The position numbers were made by a program, and so were the translations under genes. Of a stretch of 55,664 nt of DNA, positions 24,769 through 34,500 are shown piece after piece; position 1 is the stretch's first letter, and each line of letters begins with the position of its first letter. The notes beneath the pieces were generated by a model. The model was not told the origin of the DNA. It made no database searches and saw only the letters and a program-made list of their open reading frames with translations. The DNA is from a virus. Taxonomy: Duplodnaviria; Caudoviricetes. The stretch lies in IMG/VR virus record IMGVR_UViG_3300020020_000035, positions 1-55,664 of that record. One strand, 5' to 3'.

Positions 24769-25803
24769 CTAGAGCCCGTCGAGCAGCCCGAGCACGAGCT
24801 GCGCGTAGACGCGATGCATGTAGTCGCTCGGGTGATTGTAGTTGTTGCCGCTCTGGTCGACGTAGTTCTTCGCCGTGAGCAGCGCCTGAGATGCCGCCGT
24901 CACGTCGATCGATTCGCAGTGTCCGTCACCCGCCGCGATGGTCGCGAGCTGCGCGCCGTAGAGCGCGTGCTTGCCCGTGTGTGGCGGGTTCGTCAGCTGC
25001 GTCGGCAGCATCGACGAAAGCATGATCGCGTCCGCCGTGGCGTGAGTCCCGCGGAGGTCCGCGAGCTGCGCGGCCATGTTGGCGGCGTACGTTGCGGCGG
25101 CCACGTTCGCGGCCCCGTCGTTCATTCCCCATCCGTAGATGACGAGGTCAGGATTCTCCGGGAGAACCTGCGCGGCGTGGTTCGTTGAGCCGTAGCTCGA
25201 TTGCTGCCCGCCGACGCTCTTGTTCGCGAGCGTGACGACGGACCCGAACTTGGCCGTGAGCCGCCGCGTGACGAGCTCCGCCCACACGGGCATGTACGGC
25301 GAAATGATGTCGTACGCGCTCCCGTTCGGGAATCCGCTCGCGTTCGCGCCGACGCTGATCGAGTCACCCCATACGACGATCTTCACCGGGTTGCCGGCGA
25401 TGAGCTTCGTTCGGATCGTCGTGAGCTTCGCGGAAGCGCTCGTGGTCGGTCCTGACCACCCGCCGGCAGAGTGCGTGTACGTGACCGCGAGCTGCGCCTC
25501 GTGTAGCAGACGATTCTCGTGGACGACCGGCACACCGCCGGGCGCGAGAATCTCCGCGACGAGAGACGGCGCGATGCCGCCCGCGACCTTCTCGATCGAC
25601 TGCGTGGCCGAGTTGTACGTCCAGTCGATGCCAGCTATCAGGACGACGTCACGCCGCGCGGTCCGCACCTCCTGGATCCCAGAGATGCCGCCGGTCGGTG
25701 CGCGCAGGAGCTTTCCCTGCGCCGTCCCGCCGCTCGTGGAGAGGAGCACGACGCTCTCTCCGTAGGTCTGTGTCCCCGACCAAATCGGCGGCACGACCGC
25801 CAC
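24769..25803 (-). CDS. SGNH/GDSL hydrolase (possible virion esterase)
   Basis: GDSIS, NKSVGG, GMND, NHPS blocks. Confidence 0.85.
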   Translation of the reverse strand: MAVVPPIWSGTQTYGESVVLLSTSGGTAQGKLLRAPTGGISGIQEVRTARRDVVLIAGIDWTYNSATQSIEKVAGGIAPSLVAEILAPGGVPVVHENRLLHEAQLAVTYTHSAGGWSGPTTSASAKLTTIRTKLIAGNPVKIVVWGDSISVGANASGFPNGSAYDIISPYMPVWAELVTRRLTAKFGSVVTLANKSVGGQQSSYGSTNHAAQVLPENPDLVIYGWGMNDGAANVAAATYAANMAAQLADLRGTHATADAIMLSSMLPTQLTNPPHTGKHALYGAQLATIAAGDGHCESIDVTAASQALLTAKNYVDQSGNNYNHPSDYMHRVYAQLVLGLLDGL

Positions 25804-25826
25804 GCTGAGCCCTTGCGGGTTCGGGA

Positions 25827-27377
25827 TCAGCGGCGCCCGAAAGGGCGGTAATACTCGTAGCAGATGTAGTCGACGTCGACCGTCCGCGCCGTGGTCCCGC
25901 CGCTGCCTCCGCCCTTCATCTCCATGTACTCGGTGATGTTGACCGAAGTCGCGTAGCCGGTGAGCGTGCCGATGAGGATGCCATTCACGTAGGCCGAGAC
26001 GGACGAGCTACCGGACATCGAGACCAGGACGACCTCGTACCAGGTGGCCGCGCTGATCGCTGGTAGGGCCAACGTCTGCACGACGCCGCCCGTCTTCCCG
26101 CGGACCTCGAGCGTCGTCGCGCCAGACGCCACCGTGACGACGATGCCGAGACCGTCGCCGCCGGCGGTGACGTTGTCACTCCAGCCAGCCTGCCACGTGT
26201 AGATGTTCGAAGCGTCGTGAAGGTTGTTGGCCCTGAACTTGACCGCGAACCGCTGCTTGCCAAGCGTTGAAAGGCGCTCGCTCCTGCCGGCGAAGTTGAC
26301 CAACCCGGTGGTGGTCGTCCCCTTCGTCATCGTCAGGAAACCGCGCTCGGTGAGCGTGTCTCCTGTGCCGCCGTTGTTGACCGCCGCGACGGACCCGGCT
26401 CCTGAGTAGGCGTAGAGGAACGCACCGCGACCGGCGATCGTTCCCGTCGTGATATTCGCCGCCGCTGCCGGGTGGCTGTAGTCCTCGAAGATGCGCTCGA
26501 CGAGACCAGCCGCGAATCCGTGGAGCGAGGTCGGCTCAAAGACGATCGGCGTCGTGCCGAGCGTGATGCCCGCCTCGTAGCGCGGAAGCGAGAACTCGGC
26601 ACCCGCCCACACTGCGCCGTCTCCGACCTTCACGGAGAGGCCAGCGAGCGCGGCCGCGGTGGCCAGTCCAGCGACCGGCGTGAAGGCGAACGCCGACGAT
26701 GCGCCGCCGTTGGTGAAGTCGTAGACGCCCGCCTGCGTGGGGTCGCTGCCGTTCAGCGCGAGCAGGACGCGGATCGTCGCGCCTTCAGCGACCGTGACGC
26801 CGTCGAGGAGGCCGGCGGGGAGAGCTCCGTTCGCGTTGGCGGTGAGGACAGCGGCGGGGCCTGAGCCGACCGTCGCCGTGTATGCCGGCAGAGTCGCGGC
26901 GAGGATGGCCACGCGGACCTGGGGGACGAGGACGTAGTCGACGGCGCGGAGCGTGGTCTCGAGCTGAGACGCCGACGGGTTGCCCGCGTTCGCTAGGACG
27001 TACTGACGATTCGCGATCTGGAGCGCCGTCGTCGGGTCGTCGACGGTCGCGCCGATCACCTTCCCGGTGTCGTCGATCTCGACCGCGGAGCCCTGAGCAG
27101 TAGCGCCGCCTGCACCGTCGGATCGCAGGACACGGTTGTCGGAAGCGCCGAGAGCGCCGCCGATGCCGCCCGCGTCACCGGACCCGATGAGCCGCCAGCT
27201 TCCAGAGCCGGCGCCCGTCGCAATCGCAACGTAGTCTCGCAGCGTGTCGGTCTGCCGCCAGACGCGGCCCTGCGCGAGATCCGTCGCGGTCACGACGTAC
27301 GCGATACGCGCCGCCGAATTGGCGAACGCTCCGCGTAGGATCCCGTGCGTCTTGTTTGGTGTCTCGTGCTCGCTCAT
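25827..27377 (-). CDS. Fibre / receptor-binding protein
   Basis: DDPTTALQIANRQYV, VRVA...DGVTVAEG..RVLL...GVY fibre motifs; beta-rich C-terminal domain. Confidence 0.7.
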   Translation of the reverse strand: MSEHETPNKTHGILRGAFANSAARIAYVVTATDLAQGRVWRQTDTLRDYVAIATGAGSGSWRLIGSGDAGGIGGALGASDNRVLRSDGAGGATAQGSAVEIDDTGKVIGATVDDPTTALQIANRQYVLANAGNPSASQLETTLRAVDYVLVPQVRVAILAATLPAYTATVGSGPAAVLTANANGALPAGLLDGVTVAEGATIRVLLALNGSDPTQAGVYDFTNGGASSAFAFTPVAGLATAAALAGLSVKVGDGAVWAGAEFSLPRYEAGITLGTTPIVFEPTSLHGFAAGLVERIFEDYSHPAAAANITTGTIAGRGAFLYAYSGAGSVAAVNNGGTGDTLTERGFLTMTKGTTTTGLVNFAGRSERLSTLGKQRFAVKFRANNLHDASNIYTWQAGWSDNVTAGGDGLGIVVTVASGATTLEVRGKTGGVVQTLALPAISAATWYEVVLVSMSGSSSVSAYVNGILIGTLTGYATSVNITEYMEMKGGGSGGTTARTVDVDYICYEYYRPFGRR

Positions 27378-27453
27378 GGAATTGCACCTGCGGCGCTCCG
27401 GCATGGCCGGGCACCAGTGACGGTGTCGCTGGGATCTCGGAAGGAGCGCGCCG

Positions 27454-27903
27454 CTACGGCGTGTCCGTCATGGGCTCGCCGTCGTCGTTCATGGCCTCGC
27501 CGTCATCGAGCATCGCGAACGGGTTCGATCCGCCGCCGCCTGGGAACGGGTTCGTGAAGTTCGACGGACGCACTTTGATTCGTTGCTCACTCGCCGACGC
27601 GAACAGGCCTTCGGAGATGAACCGCAAGAACCAATCACGCGCGAACGGTTGAGGCGGCGTCGCGCCTGGGGCCGCCGGCAAACTCGGCTCACTGAATTGA
27701 ACGTTCAAGGCGTAGACGCCGGTGCTGATTCGCAGGAGCTCGGCGTCTGTGCCGTAGACGTACTCGGTCTCAACGCCGAGCGGCGTCCGCACCATGAAGA
27801 CGACCGTTGCCGGATCGTACATCTGCGGCGGCGCCGTGCCGGGGATACTGAAGGTAGCAGCGAAGCGCGCTTCGTCGCCGACGATGTATGACGAGCAGCT
27901 CAC
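27454..27903 (-). CDS. Putative virion adaptor protein
   Basis: Ig-like pattern (YIVGD...DPATV...STGVY) with Gly linker and acidic tail. Confidence 0.65.
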   Translation of the reverse strand: MSCSSYIVGDEARFAATFSIPGTAPPQMYDPATVVFMVRTPLGVETEYVYGTDAELLRISTGVYALNVQFSEPSLPAAPGATPPQPFARDWFLRFISEGLFASASEQRIKVRPSNFTNPFPGGGGSNPFAMLDDGEAMNDDGEPMTDTP

Positions 27904-29762
27904 CCGTTGTTGTTCCTACGATGCGTGACCGAGATCGATCCAAGCGAACCGCCCCACGAAGACGTCGACGCGGCAGGCCCGTGCATCAACGTGATCGGTG
28001 CTGAGCCGACGTATCCAACCGGCGCTACAACCGTGACGACTGCCCCGGCGCGTTCACCGGATGCCGCGCCCGATACCGAGCAGGTGATCGCGAGGAACGT
28101 GCCGGCGCGTACGGACCCGGACCGTTCACCGCTTCCGCCGCTGGCAGGAAATGACCCGAACAGCGTCCGAGCCGCTCCGCTCCGCTCCTGAGACTTGGCC
28201 CCGGCTGGGGCGCACACGATCCCGACAAGCAGCGTCGTCGAGCCGCGACGCTCCGCCGAGGAGCCCGCCGCGAGCGTGAGCCGACAGAGCGTCGTCGCGG
28301 CCCCGGCTTCCGCGCCCGAGCGGGCGCCAGCCTGCGCGAGGTTCGCCCGGGTCGTGACGGAGCCGCTGCGCTCTTGGCTGGCCGCGCCCGCTGGAGAGAC
28401 TAGGACGACGTTCCCGACCAGGACCGCGCCGCGCTCTTCGGCGCTGCTGCCCCCAGCCACGGAGTGGCGCTCGAGGATTGTGCTTGCCCCGTGCCGCTCC
28501 TCCGAGCCGCGAGAGCTCGGGGAGATGGTCAGGAGGTTCAACGCGGTGATGCGCCCGCGGGATTCCTCGGAGCTTCGCCGCGCGACGGAGACGGTCAAGA
28601 TCTCGCTGGGGATACCGTGACCCTCGTCGCTCGAGGCACCAGCCTGCACCAGCCTGGCCTGGGCTGCCTCTGCGCCGGCCCGCTCTTGCCCCCGGGCGCC
28701 CGGGAGAACGGTCCTGGCGGCCAGGTTAGCGCTGCCGCCACGGGTCTCGCTGGAGCGCCCAGAGAGGGCCGCAGTGAGGCGCGTTGTCGATGCCCCGCGG
28801 CGCTCCTCGGAGGCGCGCCCTGCCGGAGCCAGGATGAGCGCCGTGGTCCGGGTGACCGCTCCTCGAGATTCCGAGGACCGAGCCCCGGATTGAAGCAGCG
28901 TCGCCCTCGAGTTCGCCGCCCCGGATTTGGCGTCGGAAGAACGGCCGGAGAGAGCGAGCGTAGCGCGCTCCGCCGTGGCTCCGCGACGCTCGCCGGCCCG
29001 TGCGCCTGATTGGGAAAACCGAATTGCCGCGCCGGCCGCGCCGCCGCGCTGCGCAGACGAAGAAGCCGCGACGGACTGGCGATTGGATAGCCCCGCCGCG
29101 CCGGAGCTGCCGCCGGAGCTGCCGCTGGCAAGGATGAGTGTCGTGCCACCGCCGCCTCCACCCGCCGCACGAATCGAGATGAGCGCGAATGCCTGGTAGC
29201 TCGCGCCGACCGTCGTCGTGCTCGAGCCAGGCGAGTCGACTACCGCGAAGTCGCACTCCTCGGCGCTCTGGACCGGATTCGGCGAGTTGTTGAGCGAGTA
29301 CGAGACGCCGCTGTCGAAAGACGGGCTGCCGATGTCCGGCACCCATCCACACGCAATACCGCCGACCCACGCATCGGACTCGGAGTCGAGCGTGATGTCC
29401 GGGCCCTGGTCGTGCTCGGCGCCGGCATCGATGACCGGGCTGCCGGTGTCGATCCCCTTGAGGAAACACACCGCGTACGCGCGCATGTCGGTGGTCCCAC
29501 CGAACGTGATGCTCAGCGTCTGCGAACCGGTAGGCGGAGAGACCAGGTACGCCACGCCGGCGTAATTCAGCGCCGCTGCCGGAGCAGTCCCAGCAGCAAA
29601 CGTGAGCGCGTTGCCGCCGAGAGTTGCTGCTGTGGCCTCGGCGCCTGCTGCACTCCAGAGGTCGAAGAAGACGAGTGCGATCTCCGCGTCGCCCGGGACC
29701 GTGATCGATGCTGGCCCGTCCCAGTGCAGCCAACTGACGGAGCCCGTGATCTCGATGGCCAT
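27900..29762 (-). CDS. Repeat-rich putative fibre protein
   Basis: N-terminal globular domain, poly-Gly hinge, then ~20-22-aa repeats containing S-x-E-R-x-G. Confidence 0.7.
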   Translation of the reverse strand: MAIEITGSVSWLHWDGPASITVPGDAEIALVFFDLWSAAGAEATAATLGGNALTFAAGTAPAAALNYAGVAYLVSPPTGSQTLSITFGGTTDMRAYAVCFLKGIDTGSPVIDAGAEHDQGPDITLDSESDAWVGGIACGWVPDIGSPSFDSGVSYSLNNSPNPVQSAEECDFAVVDSPGSSTTTVGASYQAFALISIRAAGGGGGGTTLILASGSSGGSSGAAGLSNRQSVAASSSAQRGGAAGAAIRFSQSGARAGERRGATAERATLALSGRSSDAKSGAANSRATLLQSGARSSESRGAVTRTTALILAPAGRASEERRGASTTRLTAALSGRSSETRGGSANLAARTVLPGARGQERAGAEAAQARLVQAGASSDEGHGIPSEILTVSVARRSSEESRGRITALNLLTISPSSRGSEERHGASTILERHSVAGGSSAEERGAVLVGNVVLVSPAGAASQERSGSVTTRANLAQAGARSGAEAGAATTLCRLTLAAGSSAERRGSTTLLVGIVCAPAGAKSQERSGAARTLFGSFPASGGSGERSGSVRAGTFLAITCSVSGAASGERAGAVVTVVAPVGYVGSAPITLMHGPAASTSSWGGSLGSISVTHRRNNNG

Positions 29763-29765
29763 CGT

Positions 29766-30065
29766 CTACCGTCTGACTGAGCGGACTCCGTCGACCAGCG
29801 GTCGGAACTCTTCGATCACCACTGCTGTCACGATGCGCCCACCGGCTCCGAGTGGCCTGGGCTCCGCGTACCGGCAGATGCGCTGCTCACGGGTGCCGAC
29901 GATCTTCAACCCAGTCACCTCGCCGCGAGACCTGCGACCGTCGAGCGTCACCGCCTCCGCATCCGAATCAGCGGCAGGCGATTCGGAGCGACGGGTCACG
30001 CGAACGATCGGGTACGTGACGCCGTACCTCGTCGCCCAGGTTACGGTTTCAGAGACGTCGGCCAT
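29766..30065 (-). CDS. Hypothetical protein
   Basis: AGGAG RBS; fills the gap in the operon. Confidence 0.5.
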   Translation of the reverse strand: MADVSETVTWATRYGVTYPIVRVTRRSESPAADSDAEAVTLDGRRSRGEVTGLKIVGTREQRICRYAEPRPLGAGGRIVTAVVIEEFRPLVDGVRSVRR

Positions 30066-30074
30066 CGGCCGCTC

Positions 30075-30929
30075 CTACAGCCGCACGATCTTGTCGGGGC
30101 CGTTGTCGAACTGGAACGTCACGTCGCCGCCGCTCGGAGTAAACGGAATGCCAGCGCTCGTGGTGGCGACGTCGGCTGTGTGACCCGCGGCGATGGCGCC
30201 GGAAATGGCAGATACCGCGATCGACCGCGCGCCAGCCGCTGCTGTAGATGTCGTAGTGGCCGTGATACCGTTCGAGAAGATCATGGCGACGCCGCTCGCG
30301 ATCGGTCCCTCTAGCTTCTCCACCCAAAGAGTAGTGGCCGAGCTCGCCGCGTCTGCGGCAACGATGACCTGAGTCTTCCCGTCGATCCATACGGCGAGGC
30401 GGTCCGTCGCCGCTGAGCCGGTATCCTTGTAGATCGCCAACCCGATTACCTCGGAGCCGGACAGCGCCGTGTAGGAAACGTCGGCAGCGTCGAGGACGCC
30501 GTTCGTGACCGTCTTGGACCCGAGCGTCTGATCGGTTCCGACTGCACCGGCGTTGATGTCGTCTCGGTTGTCGGAGGTCGTCAGGTTCACCGCGACGCCG
30601 CCGCTCGTGTAGGAGCCATTGCCGACGCTCGCGAGGTTGTCTTTGACGGTGCGGAGTTCGACGGTGTTCGTTGCCTGGTTTGCAACCTGCCACGTGCCGT
30701 TGGCTGACGTGTTCCCGCCGACCTTCGAGACGACGATGATATCGCCGTTTGCCCATCCGTGCGCGGTCACCGTCAGGACGATCGGTGATGCGTTCGTTGC
30801 GCCAGAGACCGTCTTGATGCCAACGTCTGCGGTCGCCGCCGTGAGTTGAGACTTGATGGTGTTGGTGTCCCAGTCGATCGAGCCGTCCGCGAAACCCTCG
30901 CGGCCCTTGTCAAATAGCCTAGTACTCAC
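30075..30929 (-). CDS. Virion structural protein with inserted E1-FCCH-like beta domain
   Basis: LFDKGREGF..GSIDWDTNTIK...GVLDAADV...TPSGGDVT frame; insert ATNASPIVLTVTAHGWANGD. Confidence 0.7.
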   Translation of the reverse strand: MSTRLFDKGREGFADGSIDWDTNTIKSQLTAATADVGIKTVSGATNASPIVLTVTAHGWANGDIIVVSKVGGNTSANGTWQVANQATNTVELRTVKDNLASVGNGSYTSGGVAVNLTTSDNRDDINAGAVGTDQTLGSKTVTNGVLDAADVSYTALSGSEVIGLAIYKDTGSAATDRLAVWIDGKTQVIVAADAASSATTLWVEKLEGPIASGVAMIFSNGITATTTSTAAAGARSIAVSAISGAIAAGHTADVATTSAGIPFTPSGGDVTFQFDNGPDKIVRL

Positions 30930-31011
30930 GTTCTCTCCTTAGCGGCGTGGCCGCGACGCCTCATGCGCCAGCGGGATGCGGGCGCGGATGGCGCGGGTGA
31001 TGTTCAGTTCT

Positions 31012-31410
31012 TCACGCCTGCGCGGTTGCGCCAGCGGTGCCGGTGTCGGTCTTGCCGTTGAGCTCCGCGCGCGGCTTCTCATCCGGCGCTTCCTCGGCGC
31101 CCCACACGGCATCGAGGCACCGAGTGAAGAACTTGAGGAACAGCGGGTTCAGGCGCATGGCCTTGTCGTCGAGCCCGACGTTCACGCCCTGCATCTCCGA
31201 TAGTAGCGACTCGACGGCCTTGTCGGTCAGGTCCCATGGCCCCATCGGGGCGCGCTCGAGTTCGTCGAGGATCTCGCCCAGGTGAGCGTTCCTCTCGCGC
31301 GACGACTGCCAGCCGGCGCGGTAGATGACGAACGCGCCGAGGATGTCGGCCATAGACGTGGTCGGCAGACCCTTCTTCGGGGCGTGGACCGGGGGGTTGA
31401 TTCGCTTCAT
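31012..31410 (-). CDS. Hypothetical protein (possible fibre chaperone)
   Basis: Directly follows a fibre gene. Confidence 0.55.
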   Translation of the reverse strand: MKRINPPVHAPKKGLPTTSMADILGAFVIYRAGWQSSRERNAHLGEILDELERAPMGPWDLTDKAVESLLSEMQGVNVGLDDKAMRLNPLFLKFFTRCLDAVWGAEEAPDEKPRAELNGKTDTGTAGATAQA

Positions 31411-31419
31411 GAGATTCTT

Positions 31420-33306
31420 TCAGGCGGCAGCGAGCACGGTCACGGTGCCGCCGGATCCTCGGTACTTGAGCGCGCCGGCCTCGACGTATCGGATGCCGCC
31501 GCCAACCGGGTTCGCCGACGGGACCACGGCGCAGTTTTTCATGTACTCGACGAGGTCACCGGTTCCAGCCGGCATCTCCGTTGCGGTCACGTCGCCGAAG
31601 AGTGCGAAGACCCGCTGATTCGCCGCGACCTCGGTCACATGGACCATGGTCTCGAGAGCGCCCGCGTTCGTGCGCAGTGCCATCTTCGCGCCTGCGCGCT
31701 TCGCGGATCCTCCCGGCTGCCCGCCGGCAAGATACGGCTCACCACCGAGCGCGTTCGTCGATACGTCGCCGGCCTGGCCGAGGTAGTTCAGCGCGGCCCC
31801 TGCACCACCGCCCGAAGATGCCGTGATCGACCCGTTCGGCTGCATGAGCAGCGTCGTCGGGCCGATGAGCACGCCAGTAGACGTCACCGTCAGCCGCGGA
31901 CTTCCCGCAGCGAAGAGCCGCACGGTTGTCCCTGAGCGGACATCCGTTGCGATCGTGCTGTCGTTGGCGAACGTGATCCCGTTGCCAGCTGCGCCCGAGC
32001 AGAGGATGGCAACCAGGTCTGGAGATGCGCTGACGAAGTTGCGATAGAAGATCGACATCCCAGCGGGGCCGCGGATGTGCCCCACAGCGGCGACCGGCAC
32101 GCCGGATCCTGAACCATGAACGGTTATTGTCCCCTCGGCGACCAGCAGCGTCGTGGCCGTGACGGTGGCTCCCGTGACACTACCGGACGCGACGAGCGTC
32201 GCCGCATTCGCGATCGTCGTGACGCTCAGCGAGTTGGCTTGCACGGAACTTGTGGCGGTGATTGGAGCCGACAGCGTGATCGCGGCGTTGTTGAACGTGG
32301 CGAGCGATGTCACTCCGTCGGTCTGGAAGATGTCGACTCCCCCGACCGCGCCGCCACCGAGAGGCGCCGTGCCGGAGAAGTTTACGCGCCCGCCCGCCTG
32401 AGCGCCCGCGCCACCGGGTGCGCCCGCTCGGAGGCTGAGCGTGACACCTGGACCGCTCGCGGTTGCAAGCGCTCCGATACGCGCCGTCGGCTGAACCGCC
32501 GCGAATAGCATCTCGCTCTGAACGCCAGCGGTCTCGTTGAAGAGCGCGATGTCGTTCGCGCCCTTGCGCAGCACGATCGCGGCTGACTGCGACCGGAGGA
32601 TCGTGGTCCCGCTCGCGGTGCGCAGAATATCGTTCGCGGCCTGGCGGACCGTGAGCTCGCCGGAGCTCGAGAAGATCCCGACGTCCGCGACGTTCAGGCC
32701 GCCGGCGGAAGGACCAGCCGACAGCGTCGCGAAGAGCGTACCCGCGCCTCCGCCACCGGTGCCGGCGACCTGGACGATCCACCGATCGTCGATGACGTCG
32801 TACGTGACCCAAACAGCGGTCCCTGCCGCGAGGACGAAGTCGCCGCCCGTCGAGATCGCGAAGCGATTGGCCGCCGTCGAACTCCCGTTCTGGTGCTTCA
32901 GCGTGATCGGCTGAGCGCCACGGTTCCGGATGCGCCGAAGAAGCGGAGTCTCCGGAGACGGCGCGACGATGCCCGTGAGGTCGAATGCACCCGTGGCGGT
33001 GACGAGGAGCTCCGTCGCGCCAGCGTAGAAGTCGGTGCCCGCGTTGAGGTTGTTCGTGTTCGCCGCGAAAGCAGCGACGGTCGCCGTCTTCGTGAGACAC
33101 GCGACCTCGTCGGTGTACTGCTGCCACTGCGCGATCTGCGCGAAGAGGTAGTTGTACTTCTGCGGGTCCGGCGCGACGCCTTCAATGGCGCCGTCGGCGA
33201 GGAGCCCGGCGTCGAGCGCAACCTTCGTCGGCTGGCCCGCGTCGGGCCCCGTCGAGTAGTTCGCGTTCGTCGCCCACGCGAGCGCTAGTGATGGTCTTGC
33301 GGTCAT
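31420..33306 (-). CDS. Tail fibre protein
   Basis: N-terminal WATNANY..G..AGQPTK...P.PQKYNYLF anchor; Gly/Ala/Thr-rich; follows gp48-like gene. Confidence 0.8.
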   Translation of the reverse strand: MTARPSLALAWATNANYSTGPDAGQPTKVALDAGLLADGAIEGVAPDPQKYNYLFAQIAQWQQYTDEVACLTKTATVAAFAANTNNLNAGTDFYAGATELLVTATGAFDLTGIVAPSPETPLLRRIRNRGAQPITLKHQNGSSTAANRFAISTGGDFVLAAGTAVWVTYDVIDDRWIVQVAGTGGGGAGTLFATLSAGPSAGGLNVADVGIFSSSGELTVRQAANDILRTASGTTILRSQSAAIVLRKGANDIALFNETAGVQSEMLFAAVQPTARIGALATASGPGVTLSLRAGAPGGAGAQAGGRVNFSGTAPLGGGAVGGVDIFQTDGVTSLATFNNAAITLSAPITATSSVQANSLSVTTIANAATLVASGSVTGATVTATTLLVAEGTITVHGSGSGVPVAAVGHIRGPAGMSIFYRNFVSASPDLVAILCSGAAGNGITFANDSTIATDVRSGTTVRLFAAGSPRLTVTSTGVLIGPTTLLMQPNGSITASSGGGAGAALNYLGQAGDVSTNALGGEPYLAGGQPGGSAKRAGAKMALRTNAGALETMVHVTEVAANQRVFALFGDVTATEMPAGTGDLVEYMKNCAVVPSANPVGGGIRYVEAGALKYRGSGGTVTVLAAA

Positions 33307-33314
33307 TCAGATCC

Positions 33315-34118
33315 TCAGGTCCACGTGCCCACGCCCCAGCCGGAGCCGGTGCCCCACATGAAGTCGCCGCCGGGGACGCCGTCGTCGACGTAGTCGATGA
33401 GCGTCACGACCCAGAGGTGAAGAGGCCGTAGCTTCATCAGAAGCCGTTCGAACTCCGCCTTCCGCGAGAGCGGGACCGTTGCGTGATCGGGGAACGTCTC
33501 CGCTCCCACGTAGAAAAACTTTGGATAGACGTCCGGGTCGTTCGGGATCGGTGGCGGCGCTTCTTGCGTCAGAAGCTTGTTCACCAGGTAGTGCGGATCG
33601 TTCACCAGGAAGGCGTTGCACTGGTACTGGGTGATGATGAAGCCATCGACATCGGGTCGACCATCGCTGCACTGAGGTTGCCCAGTGGTCTCCCAACCAG
33701 GGCCCGTGCATTGCACCGTCCCGATCTGCGGGATGTCGGTGTAGTCGTGCGGGTCGCGAGCGACGTACGGCGGACCGCTCGCCCACCACTCGTGGATGTA
33801 GACGTCGAAGCCCGCGGTCTGGAGAACGTCCTGGACGTAGTGCGGCGACTGCCCGCCGGTCGCGCGCCACTCGGCGGCGAGGTTCAGGCGGCGGATCGAG
33901 TCGCTCGGATTTGGTCGAAGCCCGAACTGCCGTTCCCACTCGTCAAGCTCAGTGGTCGTTTCGGGTGAGAGCTGCTCCCACGCCTCATCGATTACAGCCT
34001 TACCGCTATCGAAGGCAGGAGCGAGGCCCTCAATGAACCGCCGGAGATCGGTTTTGTGGGTGACGCGCCAGGCCCAAGCCCGCGGAATTAGGTGAACGAG
34101 GGTGGCGAAAAACCCCAT
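33315..34118 (-). CDS. Baseplate protein, Mu gp48/YmfQ-like
   Basis: HLIPRAWAW, PETTTELDEWERQFGL, GGQSPHY, LMKLRPLH. Confidence 0.75.
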   Translation of the reverse strand: MGFFATLVHLIPRAWAWRVTHKTDLRRFIEGLAPAFDSGKAVIDEAWEQLSPETTTELDEWERQFGLRPNPSDSIRRLNLAAEWRATGGQSPHYVQDVLQTAGFDVYIHEWWASGPPYVARDPHDYTDIPQIGTVQCTGPGWETTGQPQCSDGRPDVDGFIITQYQCNAFLVNDPHYLVNKLLTQEAPPPIPNDPDVYPKFFYVGAETFPDHATVPLSRKAEFERLLMKLRPLHLWVVTLIDYVDDGVPGGDFMWGTGSGWGVGTWT

Positions 34119-34170
34119 GGAATCAGCTGTTCAGTTGACGGATCGGGAAACAGGCCGTTCCATTTGTCAG

Positions 34171-34500
34171 ATGGGAAAGCTCTGGGGCGTGGTTGTGGGC
34201 GCGGCGCTGACCGCACTTGGGTGCGACAGCAACGAAGGTTCGTCGTCCGCGAAAGCAGCGGTAGCCGAAGCCGTTGTCGCTCCCGGTGCCCTCGTGATGG
34301 GCGCGATCGAGGCCAAGGTGGCCACGGACTCCGTCGCTCAATACGACATGGTCAAACGCAACAACGGGTCCGCCGTGGATCTGTGTGTGCACGCCGGGCT
34401 GGTCTCTGCCGCCTATCTGCAGGCGAAGAACGAACCCGAGTTCAAGAAGTGGAAAGGCGTCGAAAAGTCTGATTGCGCCAGCGCCGGGATGCCGCAGTGA
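34171..34500 (+). CDS. Lipoprotein (moron)
   Basis: MGKLWGVVVGAALTALG-C lipobox; CVHAGLVSAAYLQAK; TTGACG at 34135 upstream. Confidence 0.7.
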   Translation: MGKLWGVVVGAALTALGCDSNEGSSSAKAAVAEAVVAPGALVMGAIEAKVATDSVAQYDMVKRNNGSAVDLCVHAGLVSAAYLQAKNEPEFKKWKGVEKSDCASAGMPQ

